Origin: the human T2T-CHM13v2.0 reference genome, Homo sapiens
Direction: 5' to 3' (one strand)
Assembly (NCBI RefSeq): GCF_009914755.1
Contig: NC_060928.1
Length of the DNA: 64,000 bases
Below the pieces are notes generated by a model, which was not told the DNA's origin, did not search any database, and saw only the letters and a list, made by a program, of their open reading frames with translations. Positions 37,060 through 50,720 of the stretch are shown piece after piece. The position numbers and the translations under genes were made by a program. The first letter of the stretch is position 1. Each line of letters begins with the position of its first letter.

Positions 37060-37440
37060 GGCTTTTAAATTTGGTGCGTGTCTTGGCTGGCTCATTTATC
37101 AGGGTTGTCTTTCTCTTTGTCTTTGACTAGGCTATTTTACTACTCTATAGAGATAGAAATTTGTTTACAGTGCACTAATACTGATGTAAATAATTCCTGT
37201 TCATAAAACTGCAAATTATATCATTGAATGCAATTGATTATGGCCCTGTAGACATTCAAGAGTTTTGCCAGTTTGCACCCATTTGTAAATGTGTTTTAGC
37301 ATCTCTTATCTGACTATAAATGTGCTGCTTTTGATTTATCTTACAAACCATTTGTCACATCTCACTGCTTTTTTCATTAATTAATGAGTCAAATAAAATC
37401 TTTGACATGTGATCATTTTATATCTCTATGAGAGTCATAA
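37060..37440. promoter_or_regulatory. Candidate conserved non-coding element (enhancer or possible terminal exon)
   Basis: No recognisable repeat; clustered FOX (TGTTTAC), TCF/SOX-like (CTTTGT/CTTTGA), HOX/CDX (TCATAAAA, TGATTTAT), GATA (CTTATCT), homeobox palindrome TCATTAATTAATGA and AP-1 (TGAGTCA) motifs; conservation is inferred, not measured. Confidence 0.4.
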
Positions 37441-38111
37441 TTTTATGCTTTTTAAAAAAATTATTCCTTAACAGGTGGATAAAGAAACCTTAAATCAGAA
37501 GAGTATCTCTGAATATTGGTATTATTTATATTTCAAGGGAATGATTCAGAACCTACCCAGGGTTCATATGCTGTTATCATTGGTACTTTTTGTTATGTAT
37601 TCCTTTGGAAACTGAAAGTGATGAGCTGAAACCATGAGTTCCAGGATAAGTATGCCCCAGCAAAGAGAAAAATGTGAGACAAAAATCACATGGTAAATAT
37701 TTAGAGAGACAGTCCATGGTTACTAGCAGCACTTATTTATTCTGACCAAAGTAATCAAGAAGCATATATACTCTGAAGCATGTGATGCCTCCTTTTATAG
37801 CCAACTGTAGAACACTGAGCCACATGTTCATAGCTCATGGAGTCACTTAAGGTATCTCCATTTGCTTTCAGAGCAATAACACTTTTTCAAATAAATTAAA
37901 AGCCTGACTGTTTAAATTGAATCACTTCATATCTTAAAAAGCAATCTTAAATGGAAGAAAATACAGGCTTTACATGTTTCTTGATGTAAATGAAATATAC
38001 CAATTTACCAACTTGTCTGCAATATGGTTCAAAATAGTTATAGATAAGTGTGTACATAGAGATATATGTAAAAGGAACTTAGAATGAAAGTTCCAGAACA
38101 CATAAGAGTCA

Positions 38112-38469
<358 letters not shown>

Positions 38470-39035
38470 TTAAAAAGCTTTTAAATTCCATGCCACAATA
38501 AGAATATAAAAGCGTCAGATGATCATAGAGAAAAACAAAACAAAACAGGAGTGTTGAGGAACAGTCATTGGAGAGAGCTGTGCAGGGAGACATATATCCC
38601 CAACTGGGATGTGTCAGTTGTGCTACTTTCTAACTCCATGTAAACAGAGAGACCTTAAGGATACCACTTAGATGCTTAATATGCATCCCCACAGGGAAAC
38701 ACAGCAGACTTGTGTCTGCCACCTACCTGGAAGATCACAGGCAAGGTACAGGATTATTGTCCATGTATATAGCAAAGCAAAAAAAGAAACTTCTAAATTT
38801 GTGGCTGTTCACATTCTCAAAGTTTCTCTCAAAGTGGATAAAAGAATACCATCACCATTCCTATGGATAAAATGTTGGAGAAAAAGAGAATCAACATTAA
38901 CTTGTCTTAGGTTCTGCTGTCAAAAAGGGTCACCTGGAAGGTGCAGCAGGCCTCACAAGAGAGAAGATAAAGGGACAGGCATTTGTAGTAATAAAATATG
39001 TCATCCTGAATGACCTGCAAAAATAACCTGAGCTT

Positions 39036-39337
39036 GACCGGGCGCAGTGGCTCATGCCTGTAATCCCAGCACTTTGGGAGGCCAAGGCAGGCAGATCACG
39101 AGTTCAGGAGATTGAGACCATCCTGGCCAACATGATGAAACCCCGTCTCTACTAAAAATACAAAAATTAGCTGGGCATGGTGGATCATGCCTGTTATCCC
39201 AGCTACTCACAAGGCTGAGGCAGGAGAATCAACTGAACACAGGAGGCAGAAGTTGCAGTGAGCCGAGATTGAGCCACTGCACTCCAGCCTGGCAACATAG
39301 CGAGACTCCATCTCAAAAGAAAAATTAAAATAATAAT
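39036..39337 (+). mobile_element. AluSc-like
   Basis: 'gatcacgagttcaggagattgagaccatcctggccaac'; TSD aataacctgag(c/t)tt. Confidence 0.93.
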
Positions 39338-39427
39338 AATAACCTGAGTTTATGAGATAAAAAGGTTAGAGAGAGATGACAAAACCCAGGCAACCTTTGT
39401 AATCTTATTACTAAAAAAAGAATAGAA

Positions 39428-39429
<2 letters not shown>

Positions 39430-39461
<32 letters not shown>
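39430..39461. repeat. (AC)16 microsatellite
   Basis: Direct sequence. Confidence 0.95.
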
Positions 39462-39463
<2 letters not shown>

Positions 39464-40598
39464 AATTGCAAAGGAACTGGATAATTCTAACATGTAAAAG
39501 CACATGTTAAATTCTGAATAAATAAATACAATAGTAAATGAAGGGTTTTACCTTTAAGACAAAGGGAATACAATGGTAGGGCACATAGGAAGGCTTGAGA
39601 CTGAGAAATTATGGAGAGAAGGGCAAAATGAACACAGAATAGAGATAATAATGCAATAAGCATTTCCCAGACAGAGAATATGGCCAAGCTAGGCCAAGAA
39701 GGAGAACGTGCATTGATTGGGTATCATATCTGCAACTGCATACTTCAGTAGTTTGCTGTGATTAACTCTGTTAGTGTACTTTGTGTTCAACTGCTGATAC
39801 TGGTGGCCGAAAATATAAATATGCCGAAAAACAAACTCACATATGACTTTCTGAAACTTCTTCTGTTATATTGATATCATTCCACTATTTACCAATCATG
39901 TACTATCTAATATGTTACAGTAACATTCTTTTTAGCAGAAGAGACTATCTCAACAGAGTAATAGAGGCTGTGACAGGAACAAGCAACCAGTGGTAGCAGA
40001 GAGTATTTGCCATTGTCAATGTAACTAAAGGAGAGATGAGCAAGAGTGGAGGGATTCCTGTTGGTGAGGAGTTCAAAGAACACAACAGTTCTCAAGAGTG
40101 TTTAAACTCCCGGCCCTAGATAATTCAAGGTCTATTCACAAAAATAGCAGTATTATAAAAACTTTCCTTCCCTTCTTGAATTTCTTCTTCCTGTTCCCAG
40201 TTCACCTTGAGGGAGGGAGAGAGTGATATTTAGATGAGAGAAAATTATTTTTGTAAAGTGAGAGAGAAAAAAGGTTAAATATCAAGGTGGAGAAAGAGAG
40301 AAGCAGCCATTTGTGTGTCCCTCCTGACTTCGATGCTTCCGTGTCCCCACCAAACAAGCTAGAGAAGGGAGGGATACTTAATTGTCAGCTATATGGCTTT
40401 GTATGATGACGGAGTGAGCCTGAAAACCACAGGATTGCCAGACAAAGGAAGATTCAGCACCATCCAATTAATTTAATGTATAATAGATAATGAAACTTGA
40501 GGTGCTTCATGCTGCAAGCCATTAGCCCTGAAGCATATACCTCAAAGATTAGTGTTGATAACAATCAAGCTGTCCAATTATCTGAATGGCATTTTGTT

Positions 40599-40985
<387 letters not shown>

Positions 40986-41010
40986 CTATAGAGTCTAAAG
41001 CTGTTGCAGT

Positions 41011-41063
41011 GCCTTGGCCTCCCAAAGTGCTGGGATTACAGGTGTGAGCCACTGCGCCTGTCC
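41011..41063 (-). mobile_element. Alu 5' fragment (first ~53 nt)
   Basis: gccttggcctcccaaagtgctgggattacaggtgtgagccactgcgcctgtcc. Confidence 0.9.
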
Positions 41064-41096
41064 CTGAGTAGCATTTTGTTAACAGACATAGAATAA

Positions 41097-41126
41097 ACAC
41101 ATACACACACACACACACACACACAC
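41097..41126. repeat. (CA)n microsatellite
   Basis: Direct sequence. Confidence 0.9.
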
Positions 41127-41307
41127 TTTATTCTGTAAATTTTGTTTTCAGGAGACTATCCCTGTACTGTCCTACTTCATTCTTCAGATATATAGGCAAA
41201 GACTAAATTATAAAAATGCATTGTTATATTATTATAGAAGAAAGATGGATACATCCAATACTATAAACAGGAAAAATATGTTAGATTTCATATGCCACTT
41301 ATCTAAA

Positions 41308-41820
41308 TGTACTAGTCAGGACAGTTTCTTTTGTAAGGCATGAAAACCTAACTCATTGAACAAAGGAGGTGGTGGGGGACTCCATCAACTCATAATAGGA
41401 AGTTCATAATTATACTAGTTTCAGGCATTGACTGAACCAGAGAATCAGAAGATACCTTCCAAAGTCTTACTGGTCTTATTCCCTCAGCACTGTTATTTTC
41501 TGTGTGGATTTTTTTCTTTGGCAAATAGGATTACATCAATCTTATAACTACTCATTCCAAGGGAATAGTGGTACCTATCTTTCAGTGGTTTCACCAAAAC
41601 ACCACAGAAGCATTCATCCATACTAGTTGTTTTGGTTTTATTTGCTTTCTCTTAAACTACTGCAGCCAGGAATGTACTGTTCTGACTGGCCATGGCTTAG
41701 TCATGTGCCCAGACTTATGGCATTGGGTCTGAACTACTCGGAACAAATTCATCATAAAGAAAGAAAATATCTATTACCAAAAGAAGGAAAGAGGAGAAAT
41801 TCAAAGTGGCCAAACAGATA
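41308..41820 (-). mobile_element. Old MLT1 (K/L-like) LTR
   Basis: Begins 'tgtactagtcagga'; contains 'tttcaggcattgactgaaccagag' and 'ctgactggccatggcttagtcatgtgccc'. Confidence 0.55.
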
Positions 41821-44093
41821 ATTTTAGTCATCACAATGGCTATTAAAATAATGTCTTCAGAGTCATTTAACTGAGATTAGAAAATTGGGATAGATTTAAA
41901 TGAATAGATGAGATATTGTATTGTGCACGTCTATAAATAACATATTTATCTTTATTGATAGGAAAATAGATGGGTAAATAAATATATACATAAATGGATA
42001 GACCATGGATGTTGACTTTTAAAAGGATATAGAGATATACTAAGATGATAGAATTCTCTAAAATATTAACAGATATTCTGTCTGGTGGTGAAATTATGAA
42101 TAATCTATTTCCTTCTTTGTCCTTTTTGTCTCCATATTTAAGATATTGAATACACACATATATCAGAAAGTAATCTTTATAATCAGAAATAATCTTAAAA
42201 TAAGTAAAAACTGCATTAAATCTGTCAAAATAATTTTCTGTCTCACGATGTTTACTATCTCAGTGAAAATGAAGTTTATTCTAGTGAAATCTAATGAGAG
42301 GAAACATTTGTTTATCAAAATGCTTGTAATCATAACCTCTTTTCTTCTTTTCTTCCCTGCACTTTCATTACTCTGCTTTTCCCCTCTCATAAATTCATAG
42401 GAAGTCATCACTAAAAGGGGCCTTTGGGGTATCTAGTCCCAGACCTTTATTTTGGAAATAATGGAACTCTAGTGCAGAAAAATGTGGGGACTTGCCATCA
42501 GTCAAAACAAACAAAAACAAAAACAAAAACAGAGTGGCAAAGTAAAACTATGTTCCTGGTCTGCCTGCTCTGAATCAGGTAACCCATTCATCAAATCTTT
42601 TTCTTATTCATTATTTCAACATGCATTAATTGTATCTAACATTTTCAGAATACTGTGCTAATTTACTGTAATATATACAAGGGCATATTTTGTGTGGTAG
42701 AGAATTATATATGTTCATATACAATATAAATATAACATCAGGTAAAAATTACTAAGTGTCTTAAGAGGAAATTTCTTTTTCTAGAAAGATGAGGATAAAT
42801 CAGACCATGCAAACTGAAAACATAGTAGACTTCATAAAGCATATCTCTACATAAAAAGTACAATATGTTTTCCTTCAGATGTGTATTATGCAACATGTTC
42901 CTTAATGTGTATGTTCAACGTGGGTTACAAATATTTATTAGCTATTTTCAAGCCATACCTCAACTAGGAATCTTCCAGTCAATCTCCCAATTAGGGTTTC
43001 AGGGACACCAAACACAATTGGCCATGTGGTAGGAGTTCCCTTTTCAGTAATTAGAGAATATATTATTAATCATTTTATTCCATCAAAGAATTTAAACCAA
43101 GAAGGCTTAAAAGCCACAAGGACGGCTCCGTATCTCCTAGGAGTCAAAAGATGTGACATATCAGTATATATATATATTGTGAAACCTGAAATATTTTGGT
43201 AACAAGATTATATATTAGTGCTACAAAAAGCAACAGAGAGAGATAGACGGTGAAGTAGATTGGCATTCTTCTAAAGTGTATATGTGGCTGCAAGTTAATC
43301 TTGAGTTTCCATAAACCTTTAATTATATAATTTTACATCTTCATGCTATAAGAAATTCCTCACAAAATTCTATTTTATTAAAAATATACTGGTTTAATTA
43401 ACATAAGAATGTGTATTGACGGAGTGAAAAATATACTTGTAATAATGTTTATATACTTAAGGAAAGTTCAATAATTCATATTGAAGAAGAGGGTACATTA
43501 TGGAAATTCGATGGTGGGTTACATTTTAATTCTGAAATAGAACTATTTAAATCTAAAAATAAATTAAACTCTTAGTAAACTCTTTGCCCAGAAATTATTT
43601 GTAGTATTTAAATAACTACTTATTTCCAAGTAATAATTTTTATTAAGTAGTGTACTCATCTGAATGTTAAAAAATTTATGTCCAGGAATAGTCACTGTTT
43701 TAAGAGTGCTTTTCACACTCCCCCTCCTACCTCCAATCCTACAGTTTTTTACACTTATTTGGATTATATTCACATTTGACTTTCTGGCATTTTAGAAAAC
43801 CTCTCTCCCACTGGCTCTGAAAATATAATTTTTAAATGTGTAGTGTTTGTTCACAGTTGGCTACTTTATCATTTTGTGCTTTATAGCTAATGATGTATTT
43901 CCTTTTCGCTTACTGTGGCAAAAAGAGAAAATCCAATCCATGCACACCGTTCTGTGAAATCTAATGTGTACAGCAGTCCTTCTGGCAATCTGAATCAGTG
44001 ATGATTAATAGATATCTAATGATTTTCTTAGTTTTCTGTAATTCCTTAACTCTTACTAATTGTTGAATTTTAATAACTAACATTGTAATGTAA

Positions 44094-44405
44094 ATGAAAG
44101 AAAGAAGGAAAGAAAGGAAGGAGGAAGGGAGGGAAGGAAAGGAAAGGGAAGGAAGGAAGGGGAGAGGAGGGGAGGGGAAGGGAGGGAGGAAGGAAAGGAA
44201 GGAAAGAAGGAAGGAAGGAAGGGGGAAAGGGAGGGAGGCAGGAAGGAAGGAAGGGGAAGGAAGAAAGGAAAACTAAGTTCTCTGGAACCATTATAAAAAC
44301 AGCAAAAGAGAGGAGAAGGAAGAGTAAGGGAAGGGATAGAGTGGAAAGAAGAGAATGAGGAAAGCTGAGAAGGAAGAACAGAAGGAGTAGAGGGAAGAAA
44401 AGAAA
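44094..44405. repeat. Polypurine (GGAA/GGA)-type low-complexity tract
   Basis: Almost pure G/A at 44096-44272 (one C) and again purine-rich to ~44405. Confidence 0.9.
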
Positions 44406-44744
44406 GACCTGATTAATTATATAACTGAAATACTATGGGGTATCAAGTCAGAAGGAATCAACTCTGTTAATACATGTCCTTGTGCTTTATTGAAAGCCAA
44501 AATTTACACAAACTAGCTCTTCACAGTCCAAGTTTGCCAGATATTTGGCAGCATCCCTATACACAAGTTGCTTTTGTTATAAATGTTGTGATCACATATA
44601 CTGAATAATAAATGCACACATTTGCATTACTTAAGCAAAATAATATACTCAAGTCTCCAAAGTATCATATTCAACAAGCATTCTGATGGTAAATCAATTA
44701 TTTTAATCATAATTAGAGCAAGACCTTTTCTCAATGTTGATCAT

Positions 44745-44925
44745 CTGTGATGTCCGAGCACACTGCTTAATCAACTAGTGCCTTAGTATTCTCATCTGTA
44801 AAATAGCAATAATTACTATTATCTCTAATAATTACTATTACCTCCTTATTAGAATTGTGAGACATGAAAAGTTGTATCTTGCAAATAGTAAATGTTCACT
44901 AATAAGTGCTAGCTATTATTATCTA
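44745..44925 (+). mobile_element. MIR SINE
   Basis: 'gccttagtattctcatctgtaaaatag...aataagtgctagctattatt'. Confidence 0.65.
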
Positions 44926-44969
44926 TTACACACAGCCTTCTGAATGGCTTATTTTGAAACTTTGAGGAA

Positions 44970-45430
44970 GATAGCTTTTGGGGGTTTCCCCAGAAGCAAA
45001 CCCTGAATTTTAGTGCAAGGATTTTATTTGGGAGGTGATCTCAGAACACACAGGTAGATTGCAGAGTTGAGACAGAGAAGAAAAGGGTGACAAAACAGGG
45101 TTGTAAATGAAGCAGGTATCCCAGAGGGGCAGTAGGGACTTAATCCAACTGAGGACCTCGAAGTAATACTAGAATATTCCTCAGACTTTTCCCACCCAAG
45201 GATTAAGACAGTGGGTTACTTTTCCAATGACTGCCACCTGTCATTACTCTGGAAGAATAACTCTCCAGCGTTCTCATCCTGCCTTGCACAAGGGACATAC
45301 CTGCTCTTGTTCCAGGAAAAAGCCTTAAGGCAGGGAGCAGCAGAAGTCTATAATATGAAGGCAAGGTTGTGTACAGGAGCAATGGAGAGCCAAGAAAATA
45401 CAAGCAGATCCCTGAAGGGGACAGTTACAC
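44970..45430 (-). mobile_element. Old MLT1 (H/I/J-like) LTR
   Basis: 'ggtttccccagaagcaaaccctga...gtgcaaggattttatttgggaggtgatctcag'. Confidence 0.55.
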
Positions 45431-45759
45431 ATACACAAGTTTTTCAAAATTCTGCTTCTAAAATATTCTTTTCACAAATATGTAATGAGCTTCTACTGTT
45501 CTCAAATTAACAGACCAATTGGAACTAAAAGATAAATCAGGCATGGCTTTGCCACTCAATGAACTAAGAGCCCATTTGAAAAGTTGAGGGAATAAACAAT
45601 GCTACCTTGATTCTCAGGCATCCTTCTGCCTCCTTCTCCATTAATTTCTTTTTTTCAAATATGAAAAAGTGATGCACATTTAAAACCTCACTCTTGATGA
45701 GTAGAATAAATTCTTGGTCTTCCTTTCCCAAATTTCTGGCATGTATTAGGGAAGATAAA

Positions 45760-45955
45760 ATTTTCCTGGTGTTCATTTGAGAGTAGCTATGTGGCTTTGG
45801 GCTAGGTATTTAACTTCTTCAAAAGTCAATTATCCTTATCTGTAAAATGAGATGAAGACATCTGTAATATAGTGTACCTTGAGCATTAATTATGCATCTA
45901 ATGTGCTTGGCACTGTGCCTACCATAAATTTAGGACTCAGCAAATGGCCATTTGT
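45760..45955 (+). mobile_element. MIR SINE
   Basis: 'tagctatgtggctttgggctaggtatttaacttc...ccttatctgtaaaatgag...gcttggcactgtgcct'. Confidence 0.7.
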
Positions 45956-46819
45956 TAGCAAGTTGAAATTTTTCAAATGCCCACAACCCATTGCTATGGA
46001 GTGTTTGGAGTTATAAGAAGAGAGCAAGGGTTTATGGAGCAAGACATTGAATTTTACTAGAGTAGAGGAGAGATTACTGACTCAAGAGACAGACTCAGGT
46101 GTTTACCACTTTTCTTCACTCCTACAGCTGTGCCAAATATTTGAATTATTTCAACTTCTCTGATACCCCCTTACCTCATTGAGAAAACTAGGATAACAAT
46201 GCCTGCTTAACCAACTACAGTAGGAAAGTGTGAGACATTAAATAGAAATCCATAAGAGCCATTTGGAAAAAATCAGCCAATATAATTAGAAAGAAAAAAA
46301 GTTAATTTTAAATGATCAGAGGAAAAAATGTTTTCTCACATTAGCTATGATATTTCAGTGGAAACAAATCAGACAAAGGCAACCTAATTTTATTAATATT
46401 TTTGCAATGTTATTAGACAAAGTGTACATGCTAGATAAGCCATTAAATATATCCATTAGTTTATAACAACAAAAATATCATTTTAGGATATTTTGTCATA
46501 CAGTTCCTAAGCTCTTTTGTCATAGAAATGACCTTAGACTCTGAACTGACTTCTTAAACAATTTGATAGAATGGAAGAAACATTTCAGGTAGTGGATTTG
46601 CTCCCTGGGGGCTACCACCTAATGCTAATGACAGTTATTGTACTTTTGTTGGAGCCATAATGACATAAAACATCCCTTCAGACAGCTCTCAGCTGCTGTC
46701 ACTTTCATTTTCATTCTTATTAATTCATCAAGATTAAAAAGGTCATTGGAATAAGATGGGTAGTGAATGAGTCATATTTGATGTAAAGTTACGGAGTAGA
46801 GTAAGCCATTCTCTTCAGG

Positions 46820-47180
46820 TTCCTTAGTCCAATCAAGCTGCTATAACAAAATGCTATAGACTGGATGGTTTATAAACAGAAATTTATTTCTCACAGTTCT
46901 AGAGGTTGGGAAATCCAAAATAAAGTGTCAGCGTATTCAATATTTGGTGAGGGTCCATTTCCTGGTTCATAAACGTTGCCTTCTTGCTGTGTTCTCACAT
47001 GGCAGAAGGGGCAAGGCAGCTCCGGAAGGCCTCCTTCATAAGGGTACTAACCTCATTCCTGAGAGTCTCATCCTTATGACCTAATCATCTTTCAAATGCC
47101 CCACCTCCTAATACCATCATCTTGGTGATTAAGCTTCAACATATGAATTTTAGAGGAACACAAACATTCAGATTATAACA
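46820..47180 (-). mobile_element. MLT1A-like MaLR solo LTR
   Basis: 'cttagtcc...gctgctataacaaaat...acagaaatttatttctcacagttctagagg...ttcaacatatgaatttt...aaacattcagattataaca'. Confidence 0.88.
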
Positions 47181-47514
47181 GCAGAGAAACTCAAGTTTCC
47201 TGTTGGTTTCTTTTTAGAACTCTCCTAAACTCAACATATACTACCAAAATAAACTGTGATTTATTGTCACTCAGTTTTATTGGTCTGGAGGTTAAACATG
47301 TGGTTGACTCTATACAAACAAGTGACACAGTCTTCTAAACAGCAGTGTAAAGAAAAATTAATTGACTAGGAGTCAGGAAGGATGAGTTCTAAACCTGCTT
47401 ACCTGTTATTATTCAGTCTTTCACTTGTAAATAGCAATAAAAAATACCTGCTTTGACTACCCTACGGGGAAGTCAGCAGAACCAAAAGGCTACATATACT
47501 AAGAGGAAACCATC

Positions 47515-47886
47515 TGATATGGTTTGGCTGTGTCCTCACCCAAATCTCATCTTGAATTGTAGTTCCCATAATCCTCATATGTCATGGGAGGTGCCCAGTG
47601 GGAGGTAATTGAATAGTGGGAGCAGTTACCTCCATGCTGTTCTCATGATAGTGAGTGAGTTCTCACAAGATCTGATGATTTTATAATGGGTTTTTCCTGC
47701 CTCTTTATTTGGCACTTCTCCTTGCTGTTGCTATGTGAAGAAGGATGGGTTGTTTCCCCTTCTGCCATGATTGTAAGTTTCCTGAGGCCTCCCCAGACCT
47801 GTGGACCTGTGAGTCAAACCTCTTTCCTTTATTAATTACCCAGTCTCAGGTATATCCTAATAGCAGCGTGAAAATGGATTAATACA
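47515..47886 (+). mobile_element. THE1D-like solo LTR
   Basis: tgatatggtttggctgtgtc...ggattaataca with perfect 5-bp TSD ccatc on both sides. Confidence 0.93.
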
Positions 47887-47997
47887 CCATCTCTGTATTT
47901 ATGCTCAAGTTTATAAATATAGTCCCCTCATACATTTTCCAATTAATTGCTCGTGTACTCACCTGGCCAGTCATAGAAGTCCAAAAGTTTTTGGTAG

Positions 47998-48486
47998 TGT
48001 TATAAAGCCTAAATATCGTGTGCTGTTCTGACATCTTTGAGTCTCACTGGGCCCTGAAGGCCTAACTGTGACTTCTTCTGCTCTGGCCAGATAAGATTCC
48101 CACCCGAACAGCCAGTTTCTTTATCAGATGGACAAACTACAGTCCATCCAGTCCTCAACCTACCCAGTTTTACTTCCCTACCAACACAAGAAATCATTGA
48201 AATCAATCACATCCTCCCGTAGAAACCAGGGGATATCTCATTCTTGTGTAACTACCAAACCTGCCCCCCATAGTTGTTGTTTTTTTATACTGTTCCCAAG
48301 TGTAATCCCCATGTGGTTCTTCGTGGTGTGAGGTGTCCTCCTTTCCTGGGCTATGAGTATATTTGACTGATAAATGGCTGTCTATCTCATCTGTCTGGGG
48401 CCAGATATTCAATTTTCAGCCATATTGTACTAAGGTTAGGGGAATCCCTCCTTCACCAAGAGGATAGACAGCAGGTGATCAAAATA
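47998..48486 (+). mobile_element. Old ERV-type LTR (family uncertain)
   Basis: TG start, ~490 bp, poly-A-signal-like 'tgactgataaa' followed by a U5-like tail ending 'ggtgatcaaaata'. Confidence 0.4.
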
Positions 48487-49325
48487 CCCGCTGAGGGCTC
48501 CCTTGCAAAAATTACCAGAAGCCATGGAGACTGAATCCAAAAATAGAGCAGAGAAAGCATTCAAATCTGATCAGTTAACTACTGCCCTTGCTTCTTCTTG
48601 ACTCACATTAATACTGAAGTTGAGGAACAAGTGTAAGACAAATGCTTAGTATCTGGAGTGATGCCTTTCTCCTCTGTCTCCCAGCTGATATTTTGTAGTG
48701 GTCTCCACACTGGGGACCAAAATCACAATTCTGTCTACTCATATTTACCCTCTCATTCATTGTCTCCCAGCATCTCCAAAGTTGGCTATATCTTGAAAGG
48801 ATATTTGGTTTCAGCAACAGATTATGCCAAAAGCAAACATCTTACACAACATCTTAGTCCTTTTTGTGAGTCTAGATTTCTAGTCCTCAAGGTCATTTAA
48901 CTACCAGGACTAATTACTCCCTCTACTACTGGCCATAATCTAAACCACTTTGTTTTACACCTAACTAATTCTCTAACTTATATGCCTGGAGTACTGAAGT
49001 TGAGATATTGCTTCCTACCCCCACTCCAGAATGCCCTGAGATCCTTATGAAAATTGAGTTGCTCTCCATCTAGTTGCTAAGTCAATATCTCAACTAAGAA
49101 ATTTTAGCTAACCCATTCCATTTTTAGGCAAGCTCTAGCTCAAAGGGGGCCCATTTGCCTTACATTTATGTAGCTAAAAGTGTACAGCATCTCACTTCTA
49201 CCAAGGGTATATGAGAATTTACTGAATAAACTAAAATAATAACAGAAACATAGATTTATTCTGCTACAGATAACAGGAAGGAATATTGTATTTTAATAAA
49301 AAACACTTTTAACCATGCTCTAGAG

Positions 49326-49629
49326 CAGCATGGTCCAAACTAAATAGAATATGAGCCACAGATTTAATTTTAAAATTTTAAATTAAAGTAGCCACATTTT
49401 CCAAAATGAAAAGAGTAAGCAGATGTAATTAATTTTGATAATATGTCGTATTTAACCCAACTTATATAAAACATGATTGTTTCAGTATGTAATCCATAAA
49501 CTTTTTGTTTTGATAGGAAGTATTCAAAATTCAGTGTTTACAGTTAGAGCATATCTTAATTAGGATTATCCTTATTTTAAATGCTCAGTAGGCATATGAG
49601 GCTAGTGGCTGCCATATTGCACAGTGCAG
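49326..49629. mobile_element. MER33-like hAT-Charlie DNA transposon
   Basis: 'atgagccaca...gtagccacatt...tatttaacccaa...gctcagtaggcatatgaggctagtggctgccatattgcacagtgcag'; preceded by ctctagag target-like site. Confidence 0.75.
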
Positions 49630-49842
49630 TTATAGTGAGAAAATGCCAGAATTCTCATCCCAGCTTCATTTTCTGTTGGCAGTGTAACCATGAGCAAATT
49701 ACCAGAAATCTCTATACTTACTTTCCTTACATGTAAAGAAAAGATGATGACAATTGTTTCTATATCAAATGATTGTTACTGGGGTTAAATTAGCTAGTAT
49801 TTAACAATATGGAACTAGTTAGCTCCAATTAGCTAGTATTTA

Positions 49843-50362
<520 letters not shown>

Positions 50363-50549
50363 TTAGCATTGGGAAAATTGTGGACCACAGAAGCACTTTA
50401 CTTTCAATGAGTTAAGTTTTCCAACTAATCAGATTTTAAGTGAAAACTTAATCAGGTTTCTCTGACTTGTTTCCTTTTATTTCTTTATCGCCTCTCTGAC
50501 TTTCTCATATTACCTCTCTTTTCCAACACACTTTGTTCCCTTCCTCAGT

Positions 50550-50720
50550 TCTTGTCTGTCATTGGTCAAGTTACTTGATGTCTCTGGAACTCAGTTTGCT
50601 CATCTGTAAAATGTGGATCAGGCAACTTTCCTCTTGGGATTTCTGTGATATTTAGTGATGCAACACAGTAAGGTACCTATACAGTGTCAACCATTAGTGT
50701 AAGATATTTGCAGTAAGTTT
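50550..50720 (+). mobile_element. MIR SINE
   Basis: 'caagttacttgatgtctctggaactcagtttgctcatctgtaaaatg'. Confidence 0.75.

Noticed and set aside
37150-37330. Possible miRNA or snoRNA hairpin in the candidate conserved block
   Set aside because: I could not identify a long stem, C/D or H/ACA boxes, or a known mature sequence by eye
44070-44291. Pro/Phe/Ser-rich and Arg/Glu/Gly-rich ORFs
   Set aside because: Translation of the GGAA low-complexity tract
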